This document shows positions 1 to 8,458 of a stretch of DNA of 64,000 bases, one piece after another (the first letter of the stretch is position 1; each line of letters opens with the position of its first letter). The position numbers and the translations under genes were made by a program. The notes under the pieces were generated by a model that was not told where the DNA came from, made no database searches, and was given only the letters and a program-made list of their open reading frames with translations. Origin of the DNA: an uncultured virus (IMG/VR IMGVR_UViG_3300025736_000009) (taxonomy: Duplodnaviria; Heunggongvirae; Uroviricota; Caudoviricetes); IMG/VR virus record IMGVR_UViG_3300025736_000009. One strand, given 5' to 3'.

Positions 1-290
1 GCTGGAGGATCTCCATATCCAGTATGTCCATGTTCTACCATAACATGAAGTTGTCTTTTCTGAAAATGTTCCATTCCCAATATATGATCATACTTAGAAT
101 CAGAGGCAACACAGTCCATACGCTTTTCACATGCTTGGCACTCAAGGACAAAAAGAGCAACTTCATTAGCATAAATATTGCTTTGTAATCCTGGCATAAA
201 CATTACATATCTTGGTGTACCATGTTCATCATACCAAAATGGTTCGCTATCATTTGCTCTATTACGAATATCTTTATACTGTTGTTTCAT
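1..290 (-). CDS. Hypothetical phage protein, truncated at window start
   Basis: ATG at 290 after GAAGG RBS; reads MKQQYKDIRNRANDSEPFWYDEHGTPRY...CQAC...YGDPP, open to position 1. Confidence 0.7.
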   Translation of the reverse strand, partial: MKQQYKDIRNRANDSEPFWYDEHGTPRYVMFMPGLQSNIYANEVALFVLECQACEKRMDCVASDSKYDHILGMEHFQKRQLHVMVEHGHTGYGDPP

Positions 291-306
291 TTTTATTTAC
301 CTTCTA

Positions 307-753
307 TTAATCTATTAAATCCTTCTTGATTATCGTTTTAAAATACTTATGTAATACCTCAAGGCTAATAACATTTCCATAAATAGTTTCTTTCCATGGT
401 AATTCTTCATATACCATATGCTGAAGTTTCCAGGCAGAAAATTGTCCAAATACATTATAGACTTCATCAAGAATTTCTTTTACATTCTGGCTATATATAG
501 AAAAATCTATTTGCTTAGGAGTTGGTATTGGATTATTACCATATTTCTCATAGATATGGTATAAAGACGCCACTATAGGGCCGTGTATCCAAGCCTCAAT
601 AGATGCATTAAACAATGGCTTTTTGTAAATCACAAGATAAACTCCTTGAGCATAGTACACAAGTTTCTGTAATTTTAGATTCGTTATTCCTTCGCCTGCA
701 TCTTCATCCACATAAGTCAAGAAGTACTCTGCTATGTGTTTAGCGTTTAACAT
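307..753 (-). CDS. Panacea-domain (DUF4065/SocA/GepA-like) antitoxin
   Basis: Motifs ITNLKLQKLVYYAQG, IEAWIHGP, FSAWKL...PW; likely start MLNAKHIAEYF at 753 (track start 771). Confidence 0.9.
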   Translation of the reverse strand: MLNAKHIAEYFLTYVDEDAGEGITNLKLQKLVYYAQGVYLVIYKKPLFNASIEAWIHGPIVASLYHIYEKYGNNPIPTPKQIDFSIYSQNVKEILDEVYNVFGQFSAWKLQHMVYEELPWKETIYGNVISLEVLHKYFKTIIKKDLID

Positions 754-794
754 ATTATTTTCTTTCAACAATATCGTCTAACTCCTAAATATTT

Positions 795-884
795 TGGCGG
801 AAAGTAGATGATTTGAACATCTACGGGCAAAACCCGACCTTGGTTTAGCGACGGACCAGTACCTTACCACTCGGTCAACTTTCC
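795..884 (-). tRNA. tRNA-Ser(GCT)-like gene with atypical 10-nt anticodon loop
   Basis: Acceptor GGAAAGT/ACTTTCC, discriminator G, encoded CCA, long variable arm CGGG/CCCG, T arm AGATG-TTCAAAT-CATCT; anticodon loop CCGTCGCTAA. Confidence 0.75.
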
Positions 885-895
885 TTATTATACTT

Positions 896-932
896 TGGTG
901 GGGATAGGGAGAATCGAACTCTCGTTTAACGA
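896..932 (-). pseudogene. 3' fragment of a tRNA (T arm, acceptor 3' strand, CCA)
   Basis: Minus strand GAGAG-TTCGATT-CTCCC-TATCCCC-A-CCA; 5' half absent because tRNA-Lys ends immediately upstream. Confidence 0.7.
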
Positions 933-934
933 TT

Positions 935-1012
935 TGGTGAGCCGGGTGAGATTTAAACTCACGACCTGCCAATTAAAAGTCGGCTGCTCTAAATCAACTG
1001 AGCTACCGGCCC
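935..1012 (-). tRNA. tRNA-Lys(TTT)
   Basis: Cloverleaf GGGCCGG..GCTC/GAGC..GCCGA-CTTTTAA-TTGGC..GTGAG-TTTAAAT-CTCAC-CCGGCTC-A-CCA. Confidence 0.9.
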
Positions 1013-1210
1013 AAAAATTAATTTATTTATTTTCTCAAAAAAGGAGGAATTCACACACTATGTGTAGAAGTAATAAATATAGGGTAAAGATTTTAATTTA
1101 TTTTATCTAATTACCCTAAAGATTTCAATATAATCTACCGATAATATTAATAGAGAATAATTATATTCTCTCCATCGAGTCGTACCGATGTAATATGCAT
1201 ATAAGTTTTA

Positions 1211-1254
1211 GTGCCTAACCATAGGTATAAGTACGACATCTATGGTTAGGTGCT
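1211..1254. terminator. Intergenic hairpin, possible terminator or processing site
   Basis: AGTGCCTAACCATAG / CTATGGTTAGGTGCT inverted repeat between lipoprotein gene and tRNA cluster. Confidence 0.4.
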
Positions 1255-1266
1255 ATTTTATTTTCT

Positions 1267-1728
1267 CTAATACAAAGTTTGTATTCCAATATCAGAGATA
1301 TATGATTTATGTAAGGTAAAATTACCATCCTGTTCATTATATACTAATATAAAATGAGCATTACCAATCCTAATTTTATTTGGAGTATCCTCTAATTCTA
1401 AATAGAAAGGTATCAATACATCCCATAATATAAACTGTTCTGCATCTGCTTTTTCATCTTGAGGTGTTCCAGCTTTTACATGAGATCTCCATGTAGCTGT
1501 AATCTTAGAAGTTTTAGGTATATAGTTTGGTGCATCACCTCGTTTTACTGCGCTTCTAAACTCTTTCAAAGCAAAAGTTTTTGCTTGTGTTGACGTAGGT
1601 ATAGGGCTAAATGGTCCACTGTTCCATATTATGCGTGACGACTTGTGTTGATTTGAACATCCATTAATCAAGAGTAAAAGTAAACAACATATATTAATAC
1701 TAATAATTAATATATTTATTTTATTCAT
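1267..1728 (-). CDS. Putative lipoprotein
   Basis: Hydrophobic N-terminus ending in lipobox-like LINGC; GGAAAGG RBS. Confidence 0.6.
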   Translation of the reverse strand: MNKINILIISINICCLLLLLINGCSNQHKSSRIIWNSGPFSPIPTSTQAKTFALKEFRSAVKRGDAPNYIPKTSKITATWRSHVKAGTPQDEKADAEQFILWDVLIPFYLELEDTPNKIRIGNAHFILVYNEQDGNFTLHKSYISDIGIQTLY

Positions 1729-1749
1729 TATAGTTACACCTTTCCAAAT

Positions 1750-1977
1750 CTAACAAAATATACAAATATAAGCCATAACAGTAAGAAAAGCAACAAGTAT
1801 TAATGCAATAAAAGAGAGAACTATGTAATCTTCTGCCAAATACTCACTATTTATCTTAGGCATATTATACTTACGTTGTAAAATACAACTAAGTATTTTA
1901 TAAATTGTATGGAATAGTAAAGTAACTATTAATATTCCACCAACAACTATTCCTAATACTATTAAAATTTGTATCAT
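1750..1977 (-). CDS. Small two-TM membrane protein
   Basis: Two hydrophobic stretches; tight packing with neighbours. Confidence 0.6.
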   Translation of the reverse strand: MIQILIVLGIVVGGILIVTLLFHTIYKILSCILQRKYNMPKINSEYLAEDYIVLSFIALILVAFLTVMAYICIFC

Positions 1978-1979
1978 AG

Positions 1980-2240
1980 CTATATCTTTTTCTTATGCCA
2001 ATTGTTATCAAAATCAGAAAGTGACATATAACGTATTCCAAGGTTTGAGATTGTGTCTCGGCTCATGCTGTCTATGATATCAGCTTTTCCTACAAAACTT
2101 ACAGCAGCACAATCTGATACTTCTGATATTTCAACAACTTCCATATCAAGATTACCATTATCAACATCTTTTTCTACTACAAGTGTACCTAAAGGTATAC
2201 TACGATGAAAAGAAAGTGATGTATCTTTATTATTATTCAT
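1980..2240 (-). CDS. Hypothetical protein
   Basis: ORF overlapping upstream stop codon, operon-like. Confidence 0.6.
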   Translation of the reverse strand: MNNNKDTSLSFHRSIPLGTLVVEKDVDNGNLDMEVVEISEVSDCAAVSFVGKADIIDSMSRDTISNLGIRYMSLSDFDNNWHKKKI

Positions 2241-2688
2241 TTTCTCTACCTTTCATTTGTATGTAATCTATTGTATCATGTATAGTATCTACTGTTGTAA
2301 CACAACAATCTACTATATCCTTAAGTTTATAACTACTATATTCTGGCACAATATATCCCAAATCAATAAATCTTACATCATCTACATTTGTATACTTATT
2401 ATAGTAACTAAAAACAGCAGAAGGATCAGTAAGCTTATTAAGAATATCACATTCCTTATATATCCATTTTTTATAAGAACAATCATTTATCCAATACGCA
2501 TCTAGCCATATCTTTTCACACAAATCTTTATTAGAAATATTGTCTAAATTGAGTGTAACATAATAACACCATGGAAGAATATAAGATCTAACAATTCTTA
2601 AAGCTATACCACGGTAACAAAAGGTATATATAGATGCATGCTGTAATTCATGCTCACCAACAATTACTTTTTCTTTATTCTTCTTCAT
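2233..2688 (-). CDS. Hypothetical protein
   Basis: Track ORF 2233-2796; likely start MKKNKEK after AGGA. Confidence 0.55.
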   Translation of the reverse strand: MKKNKEKVIVGEHELQHASIYTFCYRGIALRIVRSYILPWCYYVTLNLDNISNKDLCEKIWLDAYWINDCSYKKWIYKECDILNKLTDPSAVFSYYNKYTNVDDVRFIDLGYIVPEYSSYKLKDIVDCCVTTVDTIHDTIDYIQMKGRENE

Positions 2689-2887
2689 TTTTCCTATCTC
2701 TTTATAAGTATTTTCTTCATTGTATATAGTGTTAAAATAATAATTACTATAGCTAATATAGTATACCATGTATGTATGTATACAAATATACAACACATTA
2801 CAAATAATATAACAATAACCATTAATAGCTTATCTATCATATCAACTTCCTTATCCAAAATATAAACACCTCTACAACCAAAACGTT

Positions 2888-4051
2888 TTATCCTTTTACT
2901 ACAGCCATTGGAGTCAATGTATAGAAAATACTAACTAAGTCACTCTGCTCAGCCATTACAGTATCAATATTCTTATATGCTCCAGTTGCTTCATCCAAAT
3001 CATTCTTATTCCGAATCGCATGTAAAATTCCCTGTGCTTCCATAGCATATACTTCTGTATCAAAATCGAGACTACGAATAGCTTCCTTGCGTCCCATACA
3101 CCGACCAGCACCATGGCTACAGCTCATAAATGAGTCAGGATTACCCAAACCAGACACTATATAACTATGTGTACCTTGTGAGCCAGGAATGATACCAACT
3201 TCGTTCTTTCTGGCTCGTGTAGCTCCTTTACGATGTATCATAACATTACAACCAAAGTGATTTTCCATCGCCGCATAGTTGTGATGAATATTTACTTCAT
3301 CAGAAAACAAAACATCACCATCAACCTCATAGAAAATATCCTTAACAATCTCAGCCATTAGATCTCTATTAGCTGCTGCAAATTGCAAACAGTATTCCAT
3401 TTCTGAAAGATAACATATACCTACAGCAGTATCCATAGGCAAAAATGCCAACTCCCAGTTTTTTGGTACGGAACTATACCAATCAGCATTCAGCCTTTGA
3501 GCTATCTTATTATAATAGTCAGCCACTTTCTTACCTAGATTTCGTGAACCAGAATGAATCATAAACCATATAAAACCATCTTGGTCTCGTTGTATCTCAA
3601 TAAAGTGATTACCTCCACCCAACGTGCCTACTTGTTTAGTAGCTGATTCATATTGTTCAGTACAAATTTTCATTTCACAGTTAGGTAAATCAGGAATAGG
3701 GTGAGGCTTATCATGATGTTTAAATCCTACAGGAATTCTCTTTCGAATGAATCCAAGAATAGTCTTTAACTGATCTATAGCAACCCCTTCGACACAAAGA
3801 TTGGTCTTGACAGCTCTCATACCGCACCCTATATCCACACCAACAGCGTTAGGAATTACCACATCTTTAGTAGCAATAACTCCTCCAATAGGCATACCAT
3901 ATCCTTGATGGCAATCGCTCATAATAGAAATTCTATTAAATACAAATGGTAATTGTGCCAAATTGTCTATCTGCGACATAGCATTTTCTTCTATTTCTGA
4001 ACACCAGCTAAAAACTGGTACTTTGTAATTTTCTTTTTTAATGACTTCCAT
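2888..4051 (-). CDS. rtcB: RtcB family RNA ligase
   Basis: Motifs MSDCHQGYG, AVGVDIGCG, GTLGGGNHFIE, HSGSR, HHNY, HRKGAT, IPGSQG, SCSHGAGR, DEATGAYK; start MEVIKK after GGAG. Confidence 0.97.
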   Translation of the reverse strand: MEVIKKENYKVPVFSWCSEIEENAMSQIDNLAQLPFVFNRISIMSDCHQGYGMPIGGVIATKDVVIPNAVGVDIGCGMRAVKTNLCVEGVAIDQLKTILGFIRKRIPVGFKHHDKPHPIPDLPNCEMKICTEQYESATKQVGTLGGGNHFIEIQRDQDGFIWFMIHSGSRNLGKKVADYYNKIAQRLNADWYSSVPKNWELAFLPMDTAVGICYLSEMEYCLQFAAANRDLMAEIVKDIFYEVDGDVLFSDEVNIHHNYAAMENHFGCNVMIHRKGATRARKNEVGIIPGSQGTHSYIVSGLGNPDSFMSCSHGAGRCMGRKEAIRSLDFDTEVYAMEAQGILHAIRNKNDLDEATGAYKNIDTVMAEQSDLVSIFYTLTPMAVVKG

Positions 4052-4541
4052 TTTGTTCTCCATGTAGTTCCATATGGCAGTTAAAGCACATAAGGTCACA
4101 CTTATCTAATTCTTTTTTTAATTTGTTCCAAGACCAATCAAGCATTTGTCCGACCTCCCCTTCTTTATCGGCTCTGTCTCTGTGATGAAACGTTAAAGCA
4201 CAATTTGTTTTATCGTATCCGCATTTGATACATTCGCCACCAAGATACTTTACTGCTCTTGCTTTTCCATCTGACATTCTTTGCTTATGTTTTATTGTTA
4301 AACTTGGTCTTAGATTTTTTCTTATTTTTGAAAGATAAATCTTGAAACAATCAACACATTTCGTTCTATATTCTGGTTTCCCTGTTTGAGAAAAAGTGTA
4401 ATTCCAACCATAATCTTTTGTTTCTCCACACATTTTACATACTCTTTCTATTGTTGACGGAATGGTTGATGAGTCAATTTCTTTTTTCCATTTTGCTCTT
4501 AAAGCGTTTCTTTTTAATAATGTTTCTGATGAGTTTTTCAT
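4038..4541 (-). CDS. HNH endonuclease with N-terminal Zn finger
   Basis: GGECIKCGY...ALTFHH...KCDLMCFNCHMELH; start MKNSSET after AAGGAG. Confidence 0.85.
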   Translation of the reverse strand: MKNSSETLLKRNALRAKWKKEIDSSTIPSTIERVCKMCGETKDYGWNYTFSQTGKPEYRTKCVDCFKIYLSKIRKNLRPSLTIKHKQRMSDGKARAVKYLGGECIKCGYDKTNCALTFHHRDRADKEGEVGQMLDWSWNKLKKELDKCDLMCFNCHMELHGEQNGSH

Positions 4542-4557
4542 ATATCTCCTTTTACTC

Positions 4558-4587
4558 ATTATATCACATTATTAAAATGTATGTCAA
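4558..4587 (-). promoter_or_regulatory. Consensus sigma70/SigA-type promoter for HNH-rtcB
   Basis: TTGACA-N18-TATAAT with extended -10 TG on minus strand. Confidence 0.75.
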
Positions 4588-4889
4588 CCCTGGTGAACAT
4601 CAGGCATCAAAGCTACATGATGAAACAAAAATGGCAAGTTAGCCAAATTTCTAGCTTGGTCCAATGCTACATCTTCTGGAGATTCACACCAGCACTTTAT
4701 GATAATTCGTTCTTCATCAAAATATCTCATATCAGTAGCTTACTCCACAACTTCTTATTTTAATATACTCATGGTTTTAACAATCCTAAATCTATAAGCT
4801 AATTAATACCTTACTCTGTCTCCTCTTCCTCTATCCACAACAACCAGCAACTATAGCATCTGTCCATGCCTTTAATTTAACTATCATAA

Positions 4890-5072
4890 GTCGGACAACA
4901 GAAGACGCTAGGGCATAAATCCTCTACATTGTAGAGTACCTACCACAAAACCATAATGGCCAATGGACACCTACAGCACTTAGAAGCAGTTATCGCGTCA
5001 TTCTGTCATGGGGATCCGACACCCATTCTAAGTTTCGCCTCTATGTCTAATAAGAACATAGAGCATTGGCCA
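4890..5072 (-). ncRNA. Candidate structured ncRNA A (multi-stem, pseudoknotted)
   Basis: Stems TGGCCAATG/CATTGGCCA, CTCTATGT/ACATAGAG, ACTTAGAA/TTCTAAGT, ATGGG/CCCAT; long-range GTCGGA/TCCGAC and GACAGAA-T-GACGC/GCGTC-TTCTGTT; no long ORF. Confidence 0.6.
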
Positions 5073-5116
5073 AAACATACAATTACTATTTAGTATGTGT
5101 ATTTCTATCCTTTTAT

Positions 5117-5145
5117 AATATAGATAAAACGAAAGAAAAAATCAA
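5117..5145 (-). promoter_or_regulatory. Putative sigma70-type promoter upstream of ncRNA A
   Basis: TTGATT-N17-TATATT on minus strand. Confidence 0.5.
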
Positions 5146-5162
5146 GCACTATTGTTATATTA

Positions 5163-5825
5163 CTACTTCTTTAATTTATTATGAAAATAAACAAGAACAT
5201 AACTTTCTATAGTAACTTGTTCATCATTACGATTATCTACAGATGCCCTACAATCATCTATGGTAACAGATACTTTATAAAAACACCATCCTCTCTTTTT
5301 ATTTTGTTTCCAATCTTCCTTAGTAAATGTATAATCAAACCATAGCCAATTTATATTTTTATAGTAAGTAGTTACTTCATCCACATAAAGTTTATACTCA
5401 TCATTTATTATGTCATATATATAGAAAGCAGGTTGCTCAGAAGAATTATATAATCTGATAGTATCTTCTACAAAATGACCAGAAAAAGATACATAATTAT
5501 TTGTATCAAAATCTCTAGCATATAGTCGAATACACAGTGCCGCATTTACAGAATTCATATCTTTCTTATACACATGTAATACAAAAAGATTTTTGGCATT
5601 AAACTTACACTCTTCTGGAATTTGATTTAGCGTCCAGAGAGGTACCCAATCACCTATACCATCAATTTTTGTATACCCATAAAACCAAGAAATAGATGTA
5701 ATATAATACATCTCAGCTTTAATTGGTGGACAACTAGAATAATTAGGAGCAGAAAGAACAGGGCTTGCTACCATCAGCAGCAAGAAAAGAGCAATCAACA
5801 TAATCGACAAATTAATACTTTTCAT
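5163..5825 (-). CDS. Secreted hypothetical protein
   Basis: Signal peptide MKSINLSIMLIALFLLLMVASPVLSA after GGAGG RBS (track start 5876). Confidence 0.7.
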   Translation of the reverse strand: MKSINLSIMLIALFLLLMVASPVLSAPNYSSCPPIKAEMYYITSISWFYGYTKIDGIGDWVPLWTLNQIPEECKFNAKNLFVLHVYKKDMNSVNAALCIRLYARDFDTNNYVSFSGHFVEDTIRLYNSSEQPAFYIYDIINDEYKLYVDEVTTYYKNINWLWFDYTFTKEDWKQNKKRGWCFYKVSVTIDDCRASVDNRNDEQVTIESYVLVYFHNKLKK

Positions 5826-5900
5826 AATAACCTCCAAGAATTTGTATTGGCTGATAATATACTTGCTAGCAAACAAATAAATTACCAGCCAAGTCTTTAC

Positions 5901-6170
5901 CTATTGTTTTACTTTCAAAGAAACTATCTCTCCTCTAAGTTTTTCTATTTCTTCAGCTAATTTAAGTATTTCACTAACTAATGGAGACAAATCTCTACCA
6001 ATAGTAGCATCTTCTGGTTCCATGCTATCTATAAAGATAAGAGTTTCTTCTTCATTATCATCAATTCTGATAAGAGCACTAGAATAATCATCTTTATAGC
6101 AACAACTATCTATTAGCACATTACGACTTTGTTTAATTGCTTCATTAACATCTATAACTTCATACTTCAT
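5901..6170 (-). CDS. Hypothetical protein with C-terminal coiled coil
   Basis: ORF with AAGGA RBS. Confidence 0.65.
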   Translation of the reverse strand: MKYEVIDVNEAIKQSRNVLIDSCCYKDDYSSALIRIDDNEEETLIFIDSMEPEDATIGRDLSPLVSEILKLAEEIEKLRGEIVSLKVKQ

Positions 6171-6192
6171 TTTATTTTATACTTCCTTTCAT

Positions 6193-6744
6193 TTACTTTT
6201 TTGGAATTCCTGGAGTAATCATCCAAATCCAACGATTAATATAATTAATACTTCCAGTTATTTTCTCATATTCAAAACGTAGGTTATATGTTTTATCATT
6301 TATCTTTTCAATTTTATCTACAGCAGTAAGAATAGTTTTACTTGCTTTTACATCTGGTGGTATATTAATAAACATACCTTTACCAGTATATTCTTCAAAT
6401 ACTTTTGCTTCATGTTCTGGATATTTATCTAACTCTATTTTAATGATTGGAAGTAATGACTCACAACGTTCTGTTGCTAAAGCAATCTGCTTAGTACATA
6501 CATCTCTTTTTATACAACGACCAATTTGACTGGAGTAAATAGCCATCCAAATACTCATACTACCTATTAATAATATAGAGGCAAATACAACACACACAAT
6601 ATTACGCTCACTATAACTATAAACAGTATAGGTTTTATAGTTATCATTAGTATACTCATATCCAACTTTAGTATTATAGTTTCCTCCACGTATTCCACAT
6701 ACAAGTAGACATATACCAACAACTACAAACAATATAACTAACAT
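6193..6744 (-). CDS. Membrane protein (two TM segments)
   Basis: Two hydrophobic segments; GAAAGGA RBS. Confidence 0.7.
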   Translation of the reverse strand: MLVILFVVVGICLLVCGIRGGNYNTKVGYEYTNDNYKTYTVYSYSERNIVCVVFASILLIGSMSIWMAIYSSQIGRCIKRDVCTKQIALATERCESLLPIIKIELDKYPEHEAKVFEEYTGKGMFINIPPDVKASKTILTAVDKIEKINDKTYNLRFEYEKITGSINYINRWIWMITPGIPKK

Positions 6745-6789
6745 ATTATTATTTTCCTTTCTCTATTTTTTCCATTTATTAGTTTTAAC

Positions 6790-7003
6790 AACTAACAGAG
6801 GTGTTGGACTTTCACCAACTACTGATCCTGATTAAAGTCTTTGATCAAAAGACCCAACATAACGAAAGGGGTACATTACAAATAAATGTAACTGATCAGT
6901 CTGCCTACCCTCCACAGGTACCATGATTACCTTGTAATCATCCAGCTATTTATCATTGATTTCTTTCGCTGGGTGTCAATCGCCACGGTGACCTCTGTTA
7001 GTT
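6790..7003 (-). ncRNA. Candidate structured ncRNA B
   Basis: 13-bp terminal stem AACTAACAGAGGT/ACCTCTGTTAGTT enclosing CCAGC/GCTGG, ATGATTAC/GTAATCAT, ACTGATC/GATCAGT, GTCTTT/AAAGAC and GTTGG-TGAAAGT-CCAAC; strand inferred. Confidence 0.7.
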
Positions 7004-7067
7004 CAAGCCTTATTGCATATTTCACATAAATCATATGCCATAACCTACCCAAGACCTGAGAGGAGGT

Positions 7068-7238
7068 TGAATAAATTAAGTTTCTCTGCATGTGATTGGT
7101 CGTGGGCCTACAGTATCAGTAAAACAGCCCAATATGTCTTTCTGTGATTTACAGGCTATGAGGTAATAATCTCATTCAACCACCTGCACTGACTTCATTC
7201 TATCTCTCAATAGATACCAATCAAACTTAATTTATTCA
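7068..7238 (-). ncRNA. Candidate structured ncRNA C
   Basis: 16-bp terminal inverted repeat TGAATAAATTAAGTTT/AAACTTAATTTATTCA, inner TGATTGGT/ACCAATCA and four internal hairpins; strand inferred. Confidence 0.6.
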
Positions 7239-7580
7239 TATTTTTAATCAAATACCAACTTTTATTATACAAATATACTATTGAGGCACCAGTTGGCAAG
7301 TACTTTATTCACTTTTCTGCAGAACGAAAAGGCTAACAATAGCAAACCACAAAAAATAAAGAATGAAGACATTACATCTTCTAATGCATTTTTCTACCTC
7401 TTTTCTTCTATAAATATATTTTCTTTTCTATAGACAGCTAATTCAAAGTATAAGAAGAATCATCAGTATTAGTTACTTGACGATCTTTACACTCTTTACA
7501 GAGATGCTCTTGATCTATATCTGGCATATCTGCTGGATGTTCATTAATTTCTTTACCACAGTTATCACAAAAATACTTAA

Positions 7581-8222
7581 TCATTTCTTTGTTCTCCTTG
7601 ATAAAATTTTACCAATCATAATAACAACCAAAGACAAAAAACTAGAGGGTTCTGGTATGTTACTAGTATTATTACATACACAAATATTATCTAAGAAAAG
7701 AAGGTCATCTCCTGTGTTGTAACAACCAATCCAAATTCCATAAGGAATTTTGACATTGTTAACAACACCAGAGTAGGTTCTCCAGATTGAATCACTTGGA
7801 ACAATAAATTCAGATTTCTGTCCATCAACTATAAAGTAAACCATACTTCTATAGTTTCCAATAGCGGCCATGGCTATAGAGAAAGTATAATCTCCAGGCT
7901 GTATTTGTTCACCATGTATCCAATCAAATCCACTAGGAATCTTTCGATCATCTGTATCACAAACAACAACAAAGTTACCATCAATATACTTGTAACTATC
8001 TGTAGTATATTCTAAAGCATAATCAGAAGATACGCGCATCCACTCAAATCCAGTCCAGGTCATATCCCAACCATGTGCTCTATTTTCATTACCATCATAA
8101 GGTTCTGCTATTTCAAAAGAAGGATTGTAAAGACTAACAAAATCCCCAGAAAGAGCACAACACATAGTAGATAACACTAAGCAAAGAAAAACAATTACGA
8201 AAATCAAAATAGAATACTTCAT
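7581..8222 (-). CDS. PEP-CTERM sorting-domain exported protein
   Basis: Signal peptide MKYSILIFV...; C-terminal IPEPSS, hydrophobic helix, RRTKK; middle resembles a beta-sandwich (NPSFE...LDNI). Confidence 0.8.
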   Translation of the reverse strand: MKYSILIFVIVFLCLVLSTMCCALSGDFVSLYNPSFEIAEPYDGNENRAHGWDMTWTGFEWMRVSSDYALEYTTDSYKYIDGNFVVVCDTDDRKIPSGFDWIHGEQIQPGDYTFSIAMAAIGNYRSMVYFIVDGQKSEFIVPSDSIWRTYSGVVNNVKIPYGIWIGCYNTGDDLLFLDNICVCNNTSNIPEPSSFLSLVVIMIGKILSRRTKK

Positions 8223-8345
8223 GTTATTTTTCCTTTCTATATACACCAACCATATTCATTCTACAGTTTATCTTTAAGATTAGATATTTCGCAAATTACT
8301 TCTTATTTGCATGTAACCAGTTACCAAACAAACACAAACGTACAT

Positions 8346-8391
8346 AAAAAAATGGTGGACTCTCTCCTTTTAAAAAGGAAAGAATCCACCA
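8346..8391 (-). terminator. Rho-independent terminator after RNAP genes
   Basis: TGGTGGATTCTTTCC...GGAGAGAGTCCACCA hairpin followed by T-run on minus strand. Confidence 0.7.
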
Positions 8392-8458
8392 AGGTCTAGA
8401 AAGGAGGAAGAACCATGCACGTACAAATTACTTTGTGCTTTCTTTCACAAAGATATAA

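Noticed and set aside
778..1110. Track ORFs 778-972 and 895-1110
   Set aside because: They overlap tRNA genes
4980..5072. Hammerhead ribozyme (hairpin followed by CGAAAC)
   Set aside because: No CUGANGA core and no NUH cleavage triplet in the right place
6790..7003. tmRNA, RNase P RNA or Y RNA
   Set aside because: Too short for tmRNA, with no G-U acceptor pair, CCA or tag ORF; RNase P P4 consensus and Ro-binding motif not found
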